From Tubulanus polymorphus (taxonomy: Eukaryota > Animalia > Nemertea): DNA of 64,000 bases. The position numbers and the translations under genes are program-made. The notes below the pieces were generated by a model. The model saw nothing but the letters and a program-made list of their open reading frames with translations. It had not been told where the DNA came from and ran no database searches. Position 1 is the stretch's first letter, and each line of letters begins with the position of its first letter. Positions 37,673 to 48,103 of the stretch are shown here, one piece after another. Location: contig NC_134026.1 of assembly GCF_964204645.1 (NCBI RefSeq), forward strand, positions 14,604,150 to 14,668,149. The letters run 5' to 3'.

Positions 37673-40081
37673 TCAAGTGTTGAGTTTAACCAGTTTACAG
37701 AGGAATTTTGATATAAGTTTATTATGGGGTGAAAAACCATTATTAAGGTTTACAACGTTGTTCGAATTTTCAATAATTAATGCAGATTCCAAAATATGTC
37801 TTCTAGTTTTATCGCTGCAAGGGTAAACTAATTCAGCATTAGCAAAATCAAAATTGTGTGAAGTCTGAAAAACATGACTAGCAACTCCGCTTTCAAGTTT
37901 AAAGTTTTTTACATCTAATTTATGCTCTTTTATGCGTTGATTAAGATTCCGACCTGTTTCTCCTATATATACTTTGTCGCAAACTTTACAAGGTATTTTA
38001 TAAATTCCACAGTTTAGGGATTCGGTTTTCGGTTTGTTGTTAATCAATATGTTACTAAGTTTATTATTGTATTTAAAGATGAGTTGTTTATTTAGTGACC
38101 GAAGAGAAACTTTAGAATTCTCGAGGAAAGGTACATACGGTACAATGATAGGCTGTTTATCGGTAGCCAACGTAGGAGTTCTAAGGTTGTTATTTCTAAA
38201 ATGCGTAGTACGAGCTTTAAGTAGAGCTTTTTTCAATAGGAAATCGGGGTAGGCAAGTTTTTTGAGAGATTGGTTAATATGGTGAATTTCATCGGGTAGA
38301 AATGAGGGGTCGCAAATTCTCAAAGCGCGAAGAAATAATCCTTGAGCTAAACCGAGTTTAATATCCGGAGAAGTAAAAGAGAAGTAATGGAGGTAGGATT
38401 CAGTGTTGGTAGGTTTCCTATAAACCGCGAATTTCAAAAAGGATCCACAGTTAAAAATCAAAACATCCAGAAAAGGTATTTTACTATTAGATTCCCATTC
38501 ATACGTAAAAGCCAGAGACGGGTAAAGGGAGTTTAAATATATAAGAAAGTTATCAACATTGAAGTCAAAGGGAACCAAAGCCAGAACATCGTCAACATAT
38601 CTGAGCCAGATTTTAGGGTGAATATCAGTGTAAAGAGGCAATATTTCAGATTCAACATGTTCTAGGAATAAATTAGCTAGAATAGGACTTAGAGGATTTC
38701 CCATAGCGATACCGAATGTCTGTTCGTAAAAACAATTGTTGAATTCAAAAAAGGAGTCCGTCGTACAAATAGAGATAAGGTCGATGATACAATCCGTAGG
38801 AATGCCGAAGTTAATGTTAAGTGATGGTAATCTGCGTTTTAAGAAATCAAGAGTAGGTCCAAGAGGAACATTGGTAAAAAGGGAAGTAACATCAAATGAT
38901 ATAAATTTGTCGTTGCCAGGGATAATATTCTTAATACGTTCAAGTAAGTGTTGATTATGGCGAAGGTGCGACGGAGAGAACGAACCGAGCACCGGAGATA
39001 ACTGTTTCGCGAGAAATTTAGATAACCGGTATGTAGGAGAATTACAATTGGAGACTATAGGGCGCAGTGGAACATTATCTTTATGAATTTTAGGCAATCC
39101 ATAGATATATGGTAAAGAGGGAAGACGTGAATGGAACTTATTCAGAGTTTCTTTAGCGGAGGGGAAACGTTTAATAATATCCGAAAGACTTCTGTTGAAA
39201 TTAGCTTGCATACGAGGAAGAGGATTCGATTTAAGTTTCTTATAAACACCAGGATTATCCAAGAGAGATTGCATTTTAACATTATAATTATCCAGATCTA
39301 AAATCACAATCTTGCCACCTTTATCAGCCTTAGATATTTTAATAGTCTTTAACTTCCGTAGTTCTTGGAGGGCGAGCCGAAATCGACGAGGTAGATATTC
39401 AAAAAGGTTCCTGTTGAGTTGATCGCATATAGCCTGTAGATTCATGAATATAAAGTTATAGTCCAAACTGTTCGGAGATGATTTGCGATATTCCAATTGG
39501 GTGACAAAGTCTAAAACATGTTTATCTTGATGAGGAAGAGAAAAATTCAAACCGTAGCCGAGAAGTTGACACTGAGTAGAAGATAACGTGGTTGAAGACA
39601 AATTTACTATGTTTTTGGTGTTGCTAAATCTAGTCCAAGGGCTGGAATCAATGAGTTTATTCAGTTGGTTGGTAAGATCCACGGACTTTCTGTGCTGATG
39701 ATATTTTCCAGAGCCTTGAACAATAGTGGAGAGCGATTTCCAGAGGAATAGGTCCGGTACGTGTGACTTCAAATAATTTTGAGATTGACGGAATTTGTAG
39801 AACTGATAGTTACAGTCTTCCTTAGCACGATCTATAGCGAATTTGAGTTGCTTGTTAGCTTCGGGTGGAAACGCAGAGCTGGAGTCGTATTTCCAAATCC
39901 AAGAAAGTGATCGCGGAACCACTTTTTCGGCATAACACTCCTGAAGGAACTTGACTTTACTTTTAGCAGTCCTGGATTTGATATAGCATTTCTCATAATT
40001 TCGGAAGCTAGCGATGAGGTACGGGAACGTGAAGAAGAAGAATTTTAATACGATATTTCGATCCGTGGGTAGCATGATCAC
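37673..40081 (-). CDS. Intact Penelope polyprotein: reverse transcriptase + GIY-YIG endonuclease (802 aa)
   Basis: IVNLS..LLGYGLNFS, KADKGG, IYGLPKIHK, SFDVTSLFTNVP, GIAMGNPLSP, WLRYVDD, CGIYKIPC..C.KVYIGETGR; no stops. Confidence 0.97.
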   Translation of the reverse strand: MIMLPTDRNIVLKFFFFTFPYLIASFRNYEKCYIKSRTAKSKVKFLQECYAEKVVPRSLSWIWKYDSSSAFPPEANKQLKFAIDRAKEDCNYQFYKFRQSQNYLKSHVPDLFLWKSLSTIVQGSGKYHQHRKSVDLTNQLNKLIDSSPWTRFSNTKNIVNLSSTTLSSTQCQLLGYGLNFSLPHQDKHVLDFVTQLEYRKSSPNSLDYNFIFMNLQAICDQLNRNLFEYLPRRFRLALQELRKLKTIKISKADKGGKIVILDLDNYNVKMQSLLDNPGVYKKLKSNPLPRMQANFNRSLSDIIKRFPSAKETLNKFHSRLPSLPYIYGLPKIHKDNVPLRPIVSNCNSPTYRLSKFLAKQLSPVLGSFSPSHLRHNQHLLERIKNIIPGNDKFISFDVTSLFTNVPLGPTLDFLKRRLPSLNINFGIPTDCIIDLISICTTDSFFEFNNCFYEQTFGIAMGNPLSPILANLFLEHVESEILPLYTDIHPKIWLRYVDDVLALVPFDFNVDNFLIYLNSLYPSLAFTYEWESNSKIPFLDVLIFNCGSFLKFAVYRKPTNTESYLHYFSFTSPDIKLGLAQGLFLRALRICDPSFLPDEIHHINQSLKKLAYPDFLLKKALLKARTTHFRNNNLRTPTLATDKQPIIVPYVPFLENSKVSLRSLNKQLIFKYNNKLSNILINNKPKTESLNCGIYKIPCKVCDKVYIGETGRNLNQRIKEHKLDVKNFKLESGVASHVFQTSHNFDFANAELVYPCSDKTRRHILESALIIENSNNVVNLNNGFSPHNKLISKFLCKLVKLNT

Positions 40082-40175
40082 GATAGGTAAAACACAATAT
40101 CCGTGTTGACGCGATGAGGAGAGAATCCCACAATGATAATAAAAAGTCCGAAAATGAAACTTTGAGATAGTAGTT

Positions 40176-40219
40176 TATTCAACGTTTCGACTATATCCTA
40201 ATAGTCATCTTCAGGAATA
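40176..40219 (-). ncRNA. Minimal type I hammerhead ribozyme (upstream pLTR copy)
   Basis: Identical to 37319-37362. Confidence 0.8.
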
Positions 40220-40529
40220 ATGAGATACTACAGAAATTATGAGATATATATACAATCCAGAGACAAAGAGACTAATTCAAGTAATCAGAGATGATACAAA
40301 CTAAAGGAAAATTAACGTAGAAACAGTTACACGCTAAAATAGATTAAAGGGAAGCAAACTAAGGGGTGATTATAAACAACAATAGTGAGTATAAATATAA
40401 ATGAAACTTAAAGTCAGTAGTAAAAAGAAAGACAAACTAAGGGGCACTTAAATTAAAACAAAGGTGAATACAAGTTAAGTCAGAGACGAAATTGATGAGA
40501 GAACAAATAACAAATAATCAAAGGGGAAA

Positions 40530-41809
40530 TCAAGTGTTGAGTTTAACCAGTTTACAGAGGAATTTTGATATAAGTTTATTATGGGGTGAAAAACCATTAT
40601 TAAGGTTTACAACGTTGTTCGAATTTTCAATAATTAATGCAGATTCCAAAATATGTCTTCTAGTTTTATCGCTGCAAGGGTAAACTAATTCAGCATTAGC
40701 AAAATCAAAATTGTGTGAAGTCTGAAAAACATGACTAGCAACTCCGCTTTCAGGTTTAAAGTTTTTTACATCTAATTTATGCTCTTTTATGCGTTGATTA
40801 AGATTCCGACCTGTTTCTCCTATATATACTTTGTCGCAAACTTTACAAGGTATTTTATAAATTCCACAGTTTAGGGATTCGGTTTTCGGTTTGTTGTTAA
40901 TCAATATGTTACTAAGTTTATTATTGTATTTAAAGATGAGTTGTTTATTTAGTGACCGAAGAGAAACTTTAGAATTCTCGAGGAAAGGTACATACGGTAC
41001 AATGATAGGCTGTTTATCGGTAGCCAACGTAGGAGTTCTAAGGTTGTTATTTCTAAAATGCGTAGTACGAGCTTTAAGTAGAGCTTTTTTCAATAGGAAA
41101 TCGGGGTAAAAGAGAAGTAATGGAGGTAGGATTCAGCGTTGGTAGGTTTCCTATAAACCGCGAATTTCAAAAAGGATCCACAGTTAAAAATCAAAACATC
41201 CAGAAAAGGTATTTTACTATTAGATTCCCATTCATACGTAAAAGCCAGAGACGGGTAAAGGGAGTTTAAATATATAAGAAAGTTATCAACATTGAAGTCA
41301 AAGGGAACCAAAGCCAGAACATCGTCAACATATCTGAGCCAGATTTTAGGGTGAATATCAGTGTAAAGAGGCAATATTTCAGATTCAACATGTTCTAGGA
41401 ATAAATTAGCTAGAATAGGACTTAGAGGATTTCCCATAGCGATACCGAATGTCTGCTCGTAAAAACAATTGTTGAATTCAAAAAAGGAGTCCGTCGTACA
41501 AATAGAGATAAGGTCGATGATACAATCCGTAGGAATGCCGAAGTTAATGTTAAGTGATGGTAATCTGCGTTTTAAGAAATCAAGAGTAGGTCCAAGAGGA
41601 ACATTGGTAAAAAGGGAAGTAACATCAAATGATATAAATTTGTCGTTGCCAGGGATAATATTCTTAATACGTTCAAGTAAGTGTTGATTATGGCGAAGGT
41701 GCGACGGAGAGAACGAACCGAGCACCGGAGATAACTGTTTCGCGAGAAATTTAGATAACCGGTATGTAGGAGAATTACAATTGGAGACTATAGGGCGCAG
41801 TGGAACATT
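40530..41809 (-). pseudogene. Truncated, internally deleted second copy of the Penelope ORF
   Basis: ORFs 41090-41869 and 40530-41093 are almost identical to the C-terminal part of the 802-aa protein. Confidence 0.95.
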
Positions 41810-41946
41810 AGTCGAAACGTTGAATAAACTACTATCTCGAAGTTTCATTTTCGGACTTTTTATTATCATTGTGGGATTCTCTCCTCAGTTATTGTTATAT
41901 TTGTTGCTTATAAGTTTACTAATTAGTAATTTTTTTTGCTAAATAA

Positions 41947-42372
41947 ATGGATGATAATATTGATATTATTCCTCATGATATAAATAAAACTAAATTAAAA
42001 ATATATTTAGAAAAACAAATATTAGAATTTGAAAGTGATTTAAAGATAAAAAAGAAAAAATATTTAAAAAGTAAAATTATATATTATCTTATTATTAGTG
42101 GTTCGGTTACAATTAGTTCTGTAATAACATTTCTAGCAATATTCAGTCCATTAACACCTTTAGCTATATTATTTGGTGTATTAGGATTAAGTTCAAGTGT
42201 TTTAACTGGTATAAGTTCAAAATTAAATATAAAAAGTAATAAAGAAAAAATTAAAACTAATATAAAAGAAATTAATAAATTGAAGAATACACTAGATTAT
42301 ATAATAAGTTCAAATGGTCATATAACAGTTGAAGAACAAGATAACTTATTAAAAGAATTAATAAATTATTAA
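41947..42372 (+). CDS. Two-TM coiled-coil protein (141 aa)
   Basis: Intact; T8-GCTAAA-TAAATG; homolog of 25504-25923. Confidence 0.8.
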   Translation: MDDNIDIIPHDINKTKLKIYLEKQILEFESDLKIKKKKYLKSKIIYYLIISGSVTISSVITFLAIFSPLTPLAILFGVLGLSSSVLTGISSKLNIKSNKEKIKTNIKEINKLKNTLDYIISSNGHITVEEQDNLLKELINY

Positions 42373-42388
42373 TTTTTTAATTATATAA

Positions 42389-43786
42389 ATGGTAGATAGT
42401 TTTCCAAAAGCTTTCCAATATAATAAATCAATTAAATATATTCCAGCAATAGATTTTAATAAAGATATTACATATAGAAATGAAGTTTTAGATTCATTAA
42501 TTGATTTATATATTTATGTTACTGAAAGTAATAATTTTCATGTAAAGATGGAAAATATATTCAATGTTTATGAAATTAATTTTGAAAAAGAATTAAGTAA
42601 AGCAAAATTATGGATGTTAAAATCAAATATGCAATTCTGGCAAAACCAATTAAATTTTGCTGTTTATTGCGCAACAACAGGGTGCAGAATAAGTTGGAAT
42701 GATCATTTAAATAAACCAAGTTTACCATTAATATTATCACTCTTTAGATTTCATACATACTTTCAAATAAGATTAATATTAAATGAATTAGAGTGTCCTT
42801 TACCAGGGTCTAGATATTGTAAAGAATTAGATAATAACATTAATTTATCAAAGTATTATAAAATATGTAATGAATTTAATATAGATATAAATAATTCTGA
42901 TTTTAGATCAAAGATGGGAACAATTACAGGGGGAGATTTATCTAAAGTAGAGAAAGCTTTGGATGCAATGAATAATTCATCATTTCCAATCGGAGGTTTT
43001 GCTGTCCCTTATACTAAAAAATATAGAAAAGAAATAAAAAATACTAACTCAAAAACGTTTAAATGGAATGAAATACCAAAATATTATATTTATATCAAAC
43101 AACAACAAAATAATGATGGTTGGGTTAATTTTATTTTAGAAAATAGTGAAGGTTTTACTAAAGCTGGTATACAAAGAATAAATCAATCTATTAGAACTTA
43201 TTTGATATGTATTCTAGGATCACAGGTTGAAACAAGATCCCCAATAATTGGAAATTTAAATACATCATTTGATACACAGAAACAATTCAAAGTATTATTT
43301 GAAGATTCAATTCATAATGATAAAAATAGATCGATTCCAGAAAACATTGTAAGATATCAAAATTATTTAGATAAATCTCATGTAAGACTAAATTATTGTA
43401 TAGGCCCTAATCTATTAATTATTTCTAATGATTTAGTATTAAAGATGGGAAATATAATTGGTTATGATAATCTAATTAAAACTGCAACAATAAATAATTC
43501 ATTTGAATTAAATGATATAAATAAAAAGATTATTACTGCTCCAAAATTAATGGAAGGTGAACAAAATAAAAAACATATTCAATCAACAGAAACTAAAACT
43601 AAGAATATTAAATTGCATAATGATTCTAAAATAAAAGATTACAATACATCAGAAAATATTAGAACTGATAATATTCAACATGAAATAATTAAAACTTATA
43701 ATGATAATAAATCCCATGAAAATACTAAATTAGCTTTAACTTGTATAGGAATTGTTATAGGAGGAATATTATATTTTAAATTTTAA
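42389..43786 (+). CDS. Conserved Maverick protein of unknown function with C-terminal TM anchor (465 aa)
   Basis: Intact ORF; WQNQLNFAVYCATTGC, FRFHTYFQ, GFTKAGIQRINQSIRTY..CILGSQV; C-terminal LALTCIGIVIGGILYF. Confidence 0.85.
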   Translation: MVDSFPKAFQYNKSIKYIPAIDFNKDITYRNEVLDSLIDLYIYVTESNNFHVKMENIFNVYEINFEKELSKAKLWMLKSNMQFWQNQLNFAVYCATTGCRISWNDHLNKPSLPLILSLFRFHTYFQIRLILNELECPLPGSRYCKELDNNINLSKYYKICNEFNIDINNSDFRSKMGTITGGDLSKVEKALDAMNNSSFPIGGFAVPYTKKYRKEIKNTNSKTFKWNEIPKYYIYIKQQQNNDGWVNFILENSEGFTKAGIQRINQSIRTYLICILGSQVETRSPIIGNLNTSFDTQKQFKVLFEDSIHNDKNRSIPENIVRYQNYLDKSHVRLNYCIGPNLLIISNDLVLKMGNIIGYDNLIKTATINNSFELNDINKKIITAPKLMEGEQNKKHIQSTETKTKNIKLHNDSKIKDYNTSENIRTDNIQHEIIKTYNDNKSHENTKLALTCIGIVIGGILYFKF

Positions 43787-43802
43787 TTTTTTTATTATAT
43801 AA

Positions 43803-45093
43803 ATGGATGTAGAAGGTGGAGAAGATATTGGAATGGATCCTTTTGATGAACCTGGTATAAGTGATGAACAACCACCTGATTCTGATGAAACAAGTCTTAA
43901 TGACGGTAATGAGTCAGAATATAATAATAATTTAAATATGCCTGATTATATTAAAAATGCAGAATCACAATTAAATCCTGAAAATTTAGACCCAGGTTTA
44001 GTAAAAAAAGATTTAAATAATTTAAACAAAATAGCTAAATTAGAAGATATAATTGAAAAATCTAAACTTAACATAAATGATGAAGACGTTGGACCTTTAG
44101 TAGACAAATTAAGATTTTTAGATAATGGTAAATGTTATTATAATTTGAAAGGTGATTATTATATTGATATCACTTATAAAAATAATTTAAAAAAAATATT
44201 AGCGGAATCAACTTAAATCAAATAAAGTTCCAATTGAAAAACTTTTAACGAATGGATTAATTGATGCAACAGATCAAGAATTAGAAGATTTAGATATATT
44301 TTCTGATAAAGCAATTAGAGAATTTGAAAGTATAAGACATGCATCTGATAAAATTGCGCATGATAAAAGTATAAGAGATTTAAAAATTAGAACTTTAGAA
44401 GATGAATTATTTAAATCAAGAAAAGAATCGGAACAACTAAAATTAGATAGAGATAATAAAGTTATTGAAGAAATCGAATTTAAAAAAAGAAATGCGTATT
44501 TAGAAAAAGAAAAAGATGATTTAGAATATAACATAGAATTACAAAAAGGAGAAATTAAATTATTATTAAAATCATATGATTATAATATTAATAGATTAAA
44601 AGTTATTTTTAAAGATTTGTTGATAAAACCAGATTCTGAAATATCATTGAAAGATAGAATAAAGTTATTATTTAAATTAGAAGGAATAACAATTCTTTCA
44701 ATTCTAACAGCTGTAACTATGTTATTTACAACAATTAGTTTAGCAATATCAAATTCTTTGAAATCTACGCCTACACCCAATAAACCGGATAAACCCCCGA
44801 ATGATAATAATTCTATACAAGATAAAGTTAAGGATGGTTTGAAGAAATTAGCAAAATATTTATGGGAACTATTTAAAAAATCTGCTGCAGCATTGCCGGG
44901 AGTTATTGCATCAATTGTTGGTTTTATATTGAAATCTGCAGGAAACATTATTAACTTTGCTGCTGAAAATATTATTTTATTTTCAATTACAGTTGTAAGT
45001 GCTATTATTTTTGGGTTAGTGAATATGATATCAAAAAGATATCAAGAAAAAATAATAAAAAATGAATCATTAATTTTTTTGTTAAATAAATGA
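43803..45093 (+). pseudogene. Acidic/coiled-coil/multi-TM protein (broken near 44216)
   Basis: ORFs 43803-44216 and 44617-45093 with open coiled-coil sequence between them; homolog of 29598-31256. Confidence 0.75.
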
Positions 45094-46337
45094 GTGGGAG
45101 TTATATAAGTCCTTCTAAGATTTCTAGAATATCTAATGCTATTGGAGCAGAAAGATCACATCATATAATTACTCATAACCCTTCAAATATTAATCCCGAT
45201 GAAACCTTATACGTTAGAATTCCTCAATTGACACAAAATACTTTTTATGTTCCAAATAGTATTTATTTATCAGCTGATATAAAAGTAACTGGCCATGATA
45301 ACAATTATGTTGTTGATAATGTTGGGAGATATTTGATTAAAAAATTAACTATAAAGATTGGTCCAGAAACAGTTTTCTCATTAGATGATTATAATTTATT
45401 TATGCATTATAAAGATTTATGGTTAACTAAAGAAAATAGAAATAATATGATATTTCAAGGCATCCAATCAGAAAACAATAATAAATTAAGATCTGAAGCC
45501 AATAATGCAGTAGTAACTAGTGCCGCAGATAATTTGATAAAAAAGATTTATGGAAGCAAATATAAAATTCCATTAGACTTTGAATTGATAAATAATAATC
45601 CACCTTTATATAAATATGTAATTCAAGAAGATATTATATTTGAGATAACAATTGCTCCTGTAAATGAAATTGTATTATCTAGCGTTGTTAAAGATATGGG
45701 TTATAAATTATCAAATATATGTTTAGAATATGACACAGTAACTAATGAAAATATTGCTAGCACAATTCAAACTCAATACAATCAAGGATTTTCATTATCA
45801 TATGATTATATTGATAAATCTAAAACTGTAACTATTAATGCAAATGATGAAATAATTAATGAGAGTATTAACTTCCCAAGAAGATCTATTAAAGGTATAT
45901 TAATATTTTTTACCATTGCAACATATTCTAATGGTGCAATAAAGGTAGATAATTATTATAATCCTGAAATAACAAAAGTAGAAATAACTATCGAAGGAAT
46001 AGCAAATAAAATATTTTGTCAAGGAATGAGAATGATTGATCAATGGCCAGAAATAAGAAAACATTTTATGAATGAAAAAGTAAAATCATTTGAAAATTGT
46101 AATATTAATCAAATTGATTATTATACCGGCAATAAATACGCATTATGGTTAGATTTTAGAACAACAGAGGATAATTCATTACATGGTTCTGGGAAAAAAC
46201 TACAAAATACAAAAGATGGAATACAATTATTCATGACAAAGAAAAGAGGAGACAAAAATTTCAAAATGCACATTTATATTATATCTGACGCACAATTAAA
46301 TATTGTAAATTCACAATTAGATAGTATTCAATATTAG
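45090..46337 (+). CDS. Putative major capsid protein (double jelly roll), intact (415 aa)
   Basis: Size, beta-strand pattern (LYVRIP, IYLSADIKV, LIKKLTIKIG, VIFEITF, ICLEYD, SIKGILIFF, KVEITIEG, ALWLDFR) and position next to integrase/ATPase; present in all three copies. Fold not computed. Confidence 0.75.
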   Translation: MSGSYISPSKISRISNAIGAERSHHIITHNPSNINPDETLYVRIPQLTQNTFYVPNSIYLSADIKVTGHDNNYVVDNVGRYLIKKLTIKIGPETVFSLDDYNLFMHYKDLWLTKENRNNMIFQGIQSENNNKLRSEANNAVVTSAADNLIKKIYGSKYKIPLDFELINNNPPLYKYVIQEDIIFEITIAPVNEIVLSSVVKDMGYKLSNICLEYDTVTNENIASTIQTQYNQGFSLSYDYIDKSKTVTINANDEIINESINFPRRSIKGILIFFTIATYSNGAIKVDNYYNPEITKVEITIEGIANKIFCQGMRMIDQWPEIRKHFMNEKVKSFENCNINQIDYYTGNKYALWLDFRTTEDNSLHGSGKKLQNTKDGIQLFMTKKRGDKNFKMHIYIISDAQLNIVNSQLDSIQY

Positions 46338-46367
46338 AAATATAAAGTTAAAATTAACGATATATAA

Positions 46368-47206
46368 ATGGGCGGTAAAAAAACTCCTAATACTAAAGAA
46401 CAATATTTAAGAAATTTATATTACAACCCTGAGAGTTCGGTTGCTAATTCTTCTACCAAAAATATATGGCGTCAAGTAAAACAAGATAAATTAGATAAGA
46501 TAATCCCACAAAATTTAGTTAAATATAAAGATATAAATGAATTTATGTTAGAACAACCAACATACACAACACATAAAAAAATTGTTAGAAAATATAAAAC
46601 TCGTAAAAGTATGGTAAGTTATGTAGATCAACAGTGGCAAGGAGATTTAATTGATATGAAAAATGTTTAGAAAGATAATAATGATTATTGGTGGTTATTG
46701 AATATAATTGATATTTTTAGTCGTTATGTATGGAGAACAAGAATGTGGAAATATTTTACAGCAAATAATACTTTTAAATGGATTGATGTTTTACCAAAAT
46801 TGATAGAAGGATATAATAATTCTTATCATTCTTCTATTGGAATGAAACCTATTGATGCTAGAAAACCTGAAAATGCTGAAATTGTTTGGAATAATTTATA
46901 TGGAGCATTTATTTGACAAGGGATACGATCGAAATTTTACTAGGGAAATATATAAAATAAAAAAGGTAATAACAACAAAACCATATGTCTATAAATTAGA
47001 AGATTTAGATGGTGAAGAAGTTGATGGCTACTTTTACGAAGAAGAATTAAGTTTAACTACTGAAAATCTAGAACAAGAATATAAAATTGAAAAAGTATTA
47101 AAAACAAAAACTATTAAAACAAAAAAAATATTCTTTAGTAAAATGGGTTGGATGGCCAGATAAATTCAATGAATGGATATTATCAAGTAAAATTAAAAAT
47201 ACATAA
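46368..47206 (+). pseudogene. Integrase of copy C, catalytic core deleted
   Basis: Matches 35923-37050 but jumps from SRYVW to RTRMW; further frameshifts. Confidence 0.9.
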
Positions 47207-47811
47207 ATGAATAAGGAATTATTTATATTTGAGCCTCATAATATGCTAATTTCTGGCGTAACAAATTGTGGAAAAACTTATTTTATATTAAATTTATTAG
47301 AAACTGTTTATAAAAAATATTTTGATAATATAGTATTATTTTGTCCAACATATGAATTTAATCAAACTTATGATAGAAATATTACTAGAAATAATAAATT
47401 TATTATATTAGATCCTAAAACAGTAAAAGAAAATTTAGATAATTGTATTAAAATAGCAATAGATATTTATAAAGGATCAAATACATTATTCATTATAGAT
47501 GATTGTGCAAATTTATATGATTCAAAAATTAGAGTGAGTTATGTAATTTAGCTTTTTCTGGCAGACATTTTGGGATAACAACTTGGGTTTTAAATCAAAA
47601 ATATAATTCAATTGTTAAAGATTTTAGAGAAAACATTAGATTTTTAGTTTTATTCTACAATAAAGATAGAAAATCGATGAAAAATGCACTTGAGGAAAAT
47701 GATATTATTCCACATGATTTACATAATGAATATATGGATAAGTTGAAAAATATTAAAAGATCAAAATTACTATTTAGATAACAACACCCATTTAAATATG
47801 AATTTATTTAA
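47207..47811 (+). pseudogene. Packaging ATPase of copy C, frameshifted near 47530
   Basis: GVTNCGKT, LFIIDD, then SGRH in a shifted frame. Confidence 0.9.
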
Positions 47812-48085
47812 ATTCAACTATCTTGTTAATCTAATTGAATTCTAGTTACATTCTAGTTATTGGTAGTTGGAACAAAAATCAACTAGATTCAACAATATTT
47901 TAACTAGCTTGTTAATCTAGTTTAATTCTAGTTACATTCTTGTTAAATCTAGTTGATAGTAGTTGAAACAAAAATCAACTAGATTTAACAAGAAATAAAC
48001 AAAAACAACAATATTTCAACTAGCTTGTTAATCTAGTTGAATTCTAGTTACATTCTAGTTGAATTCTAGTTGCAACAACACAACT
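47812..48085. repeat. Intergenic AACTAG/CTAGTT repeat array (copy C)
   Basis: Same units as 35055-35335 in a different arrangement. Confidence 0.8.
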
Positions 48086-48103
48086 AATTTTTTTGTTATA
48101 TAA

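Larger units (their letters stand above)
37258..41887 (-). mobile_element. Penelope-like element in partial tandem (full copy + 5'-truncated copy) with an inverted 78-bp terminal tail
   Basis: Direct repeat with 2857-bp offset (37258 vs 40115); second copy has a 124-bp deletion at ~41108 and is truncated at 41809; 41810-41887 is an inverted copy of 37258-37335. Confidence 0.95.

Noticed and set aside
37250-41895. Penelope complex as a TIR DNA transposon
   Set aside because: The inverted ends are pLTR-derived; it encodes RT/GIY-YIG and has no TSD.
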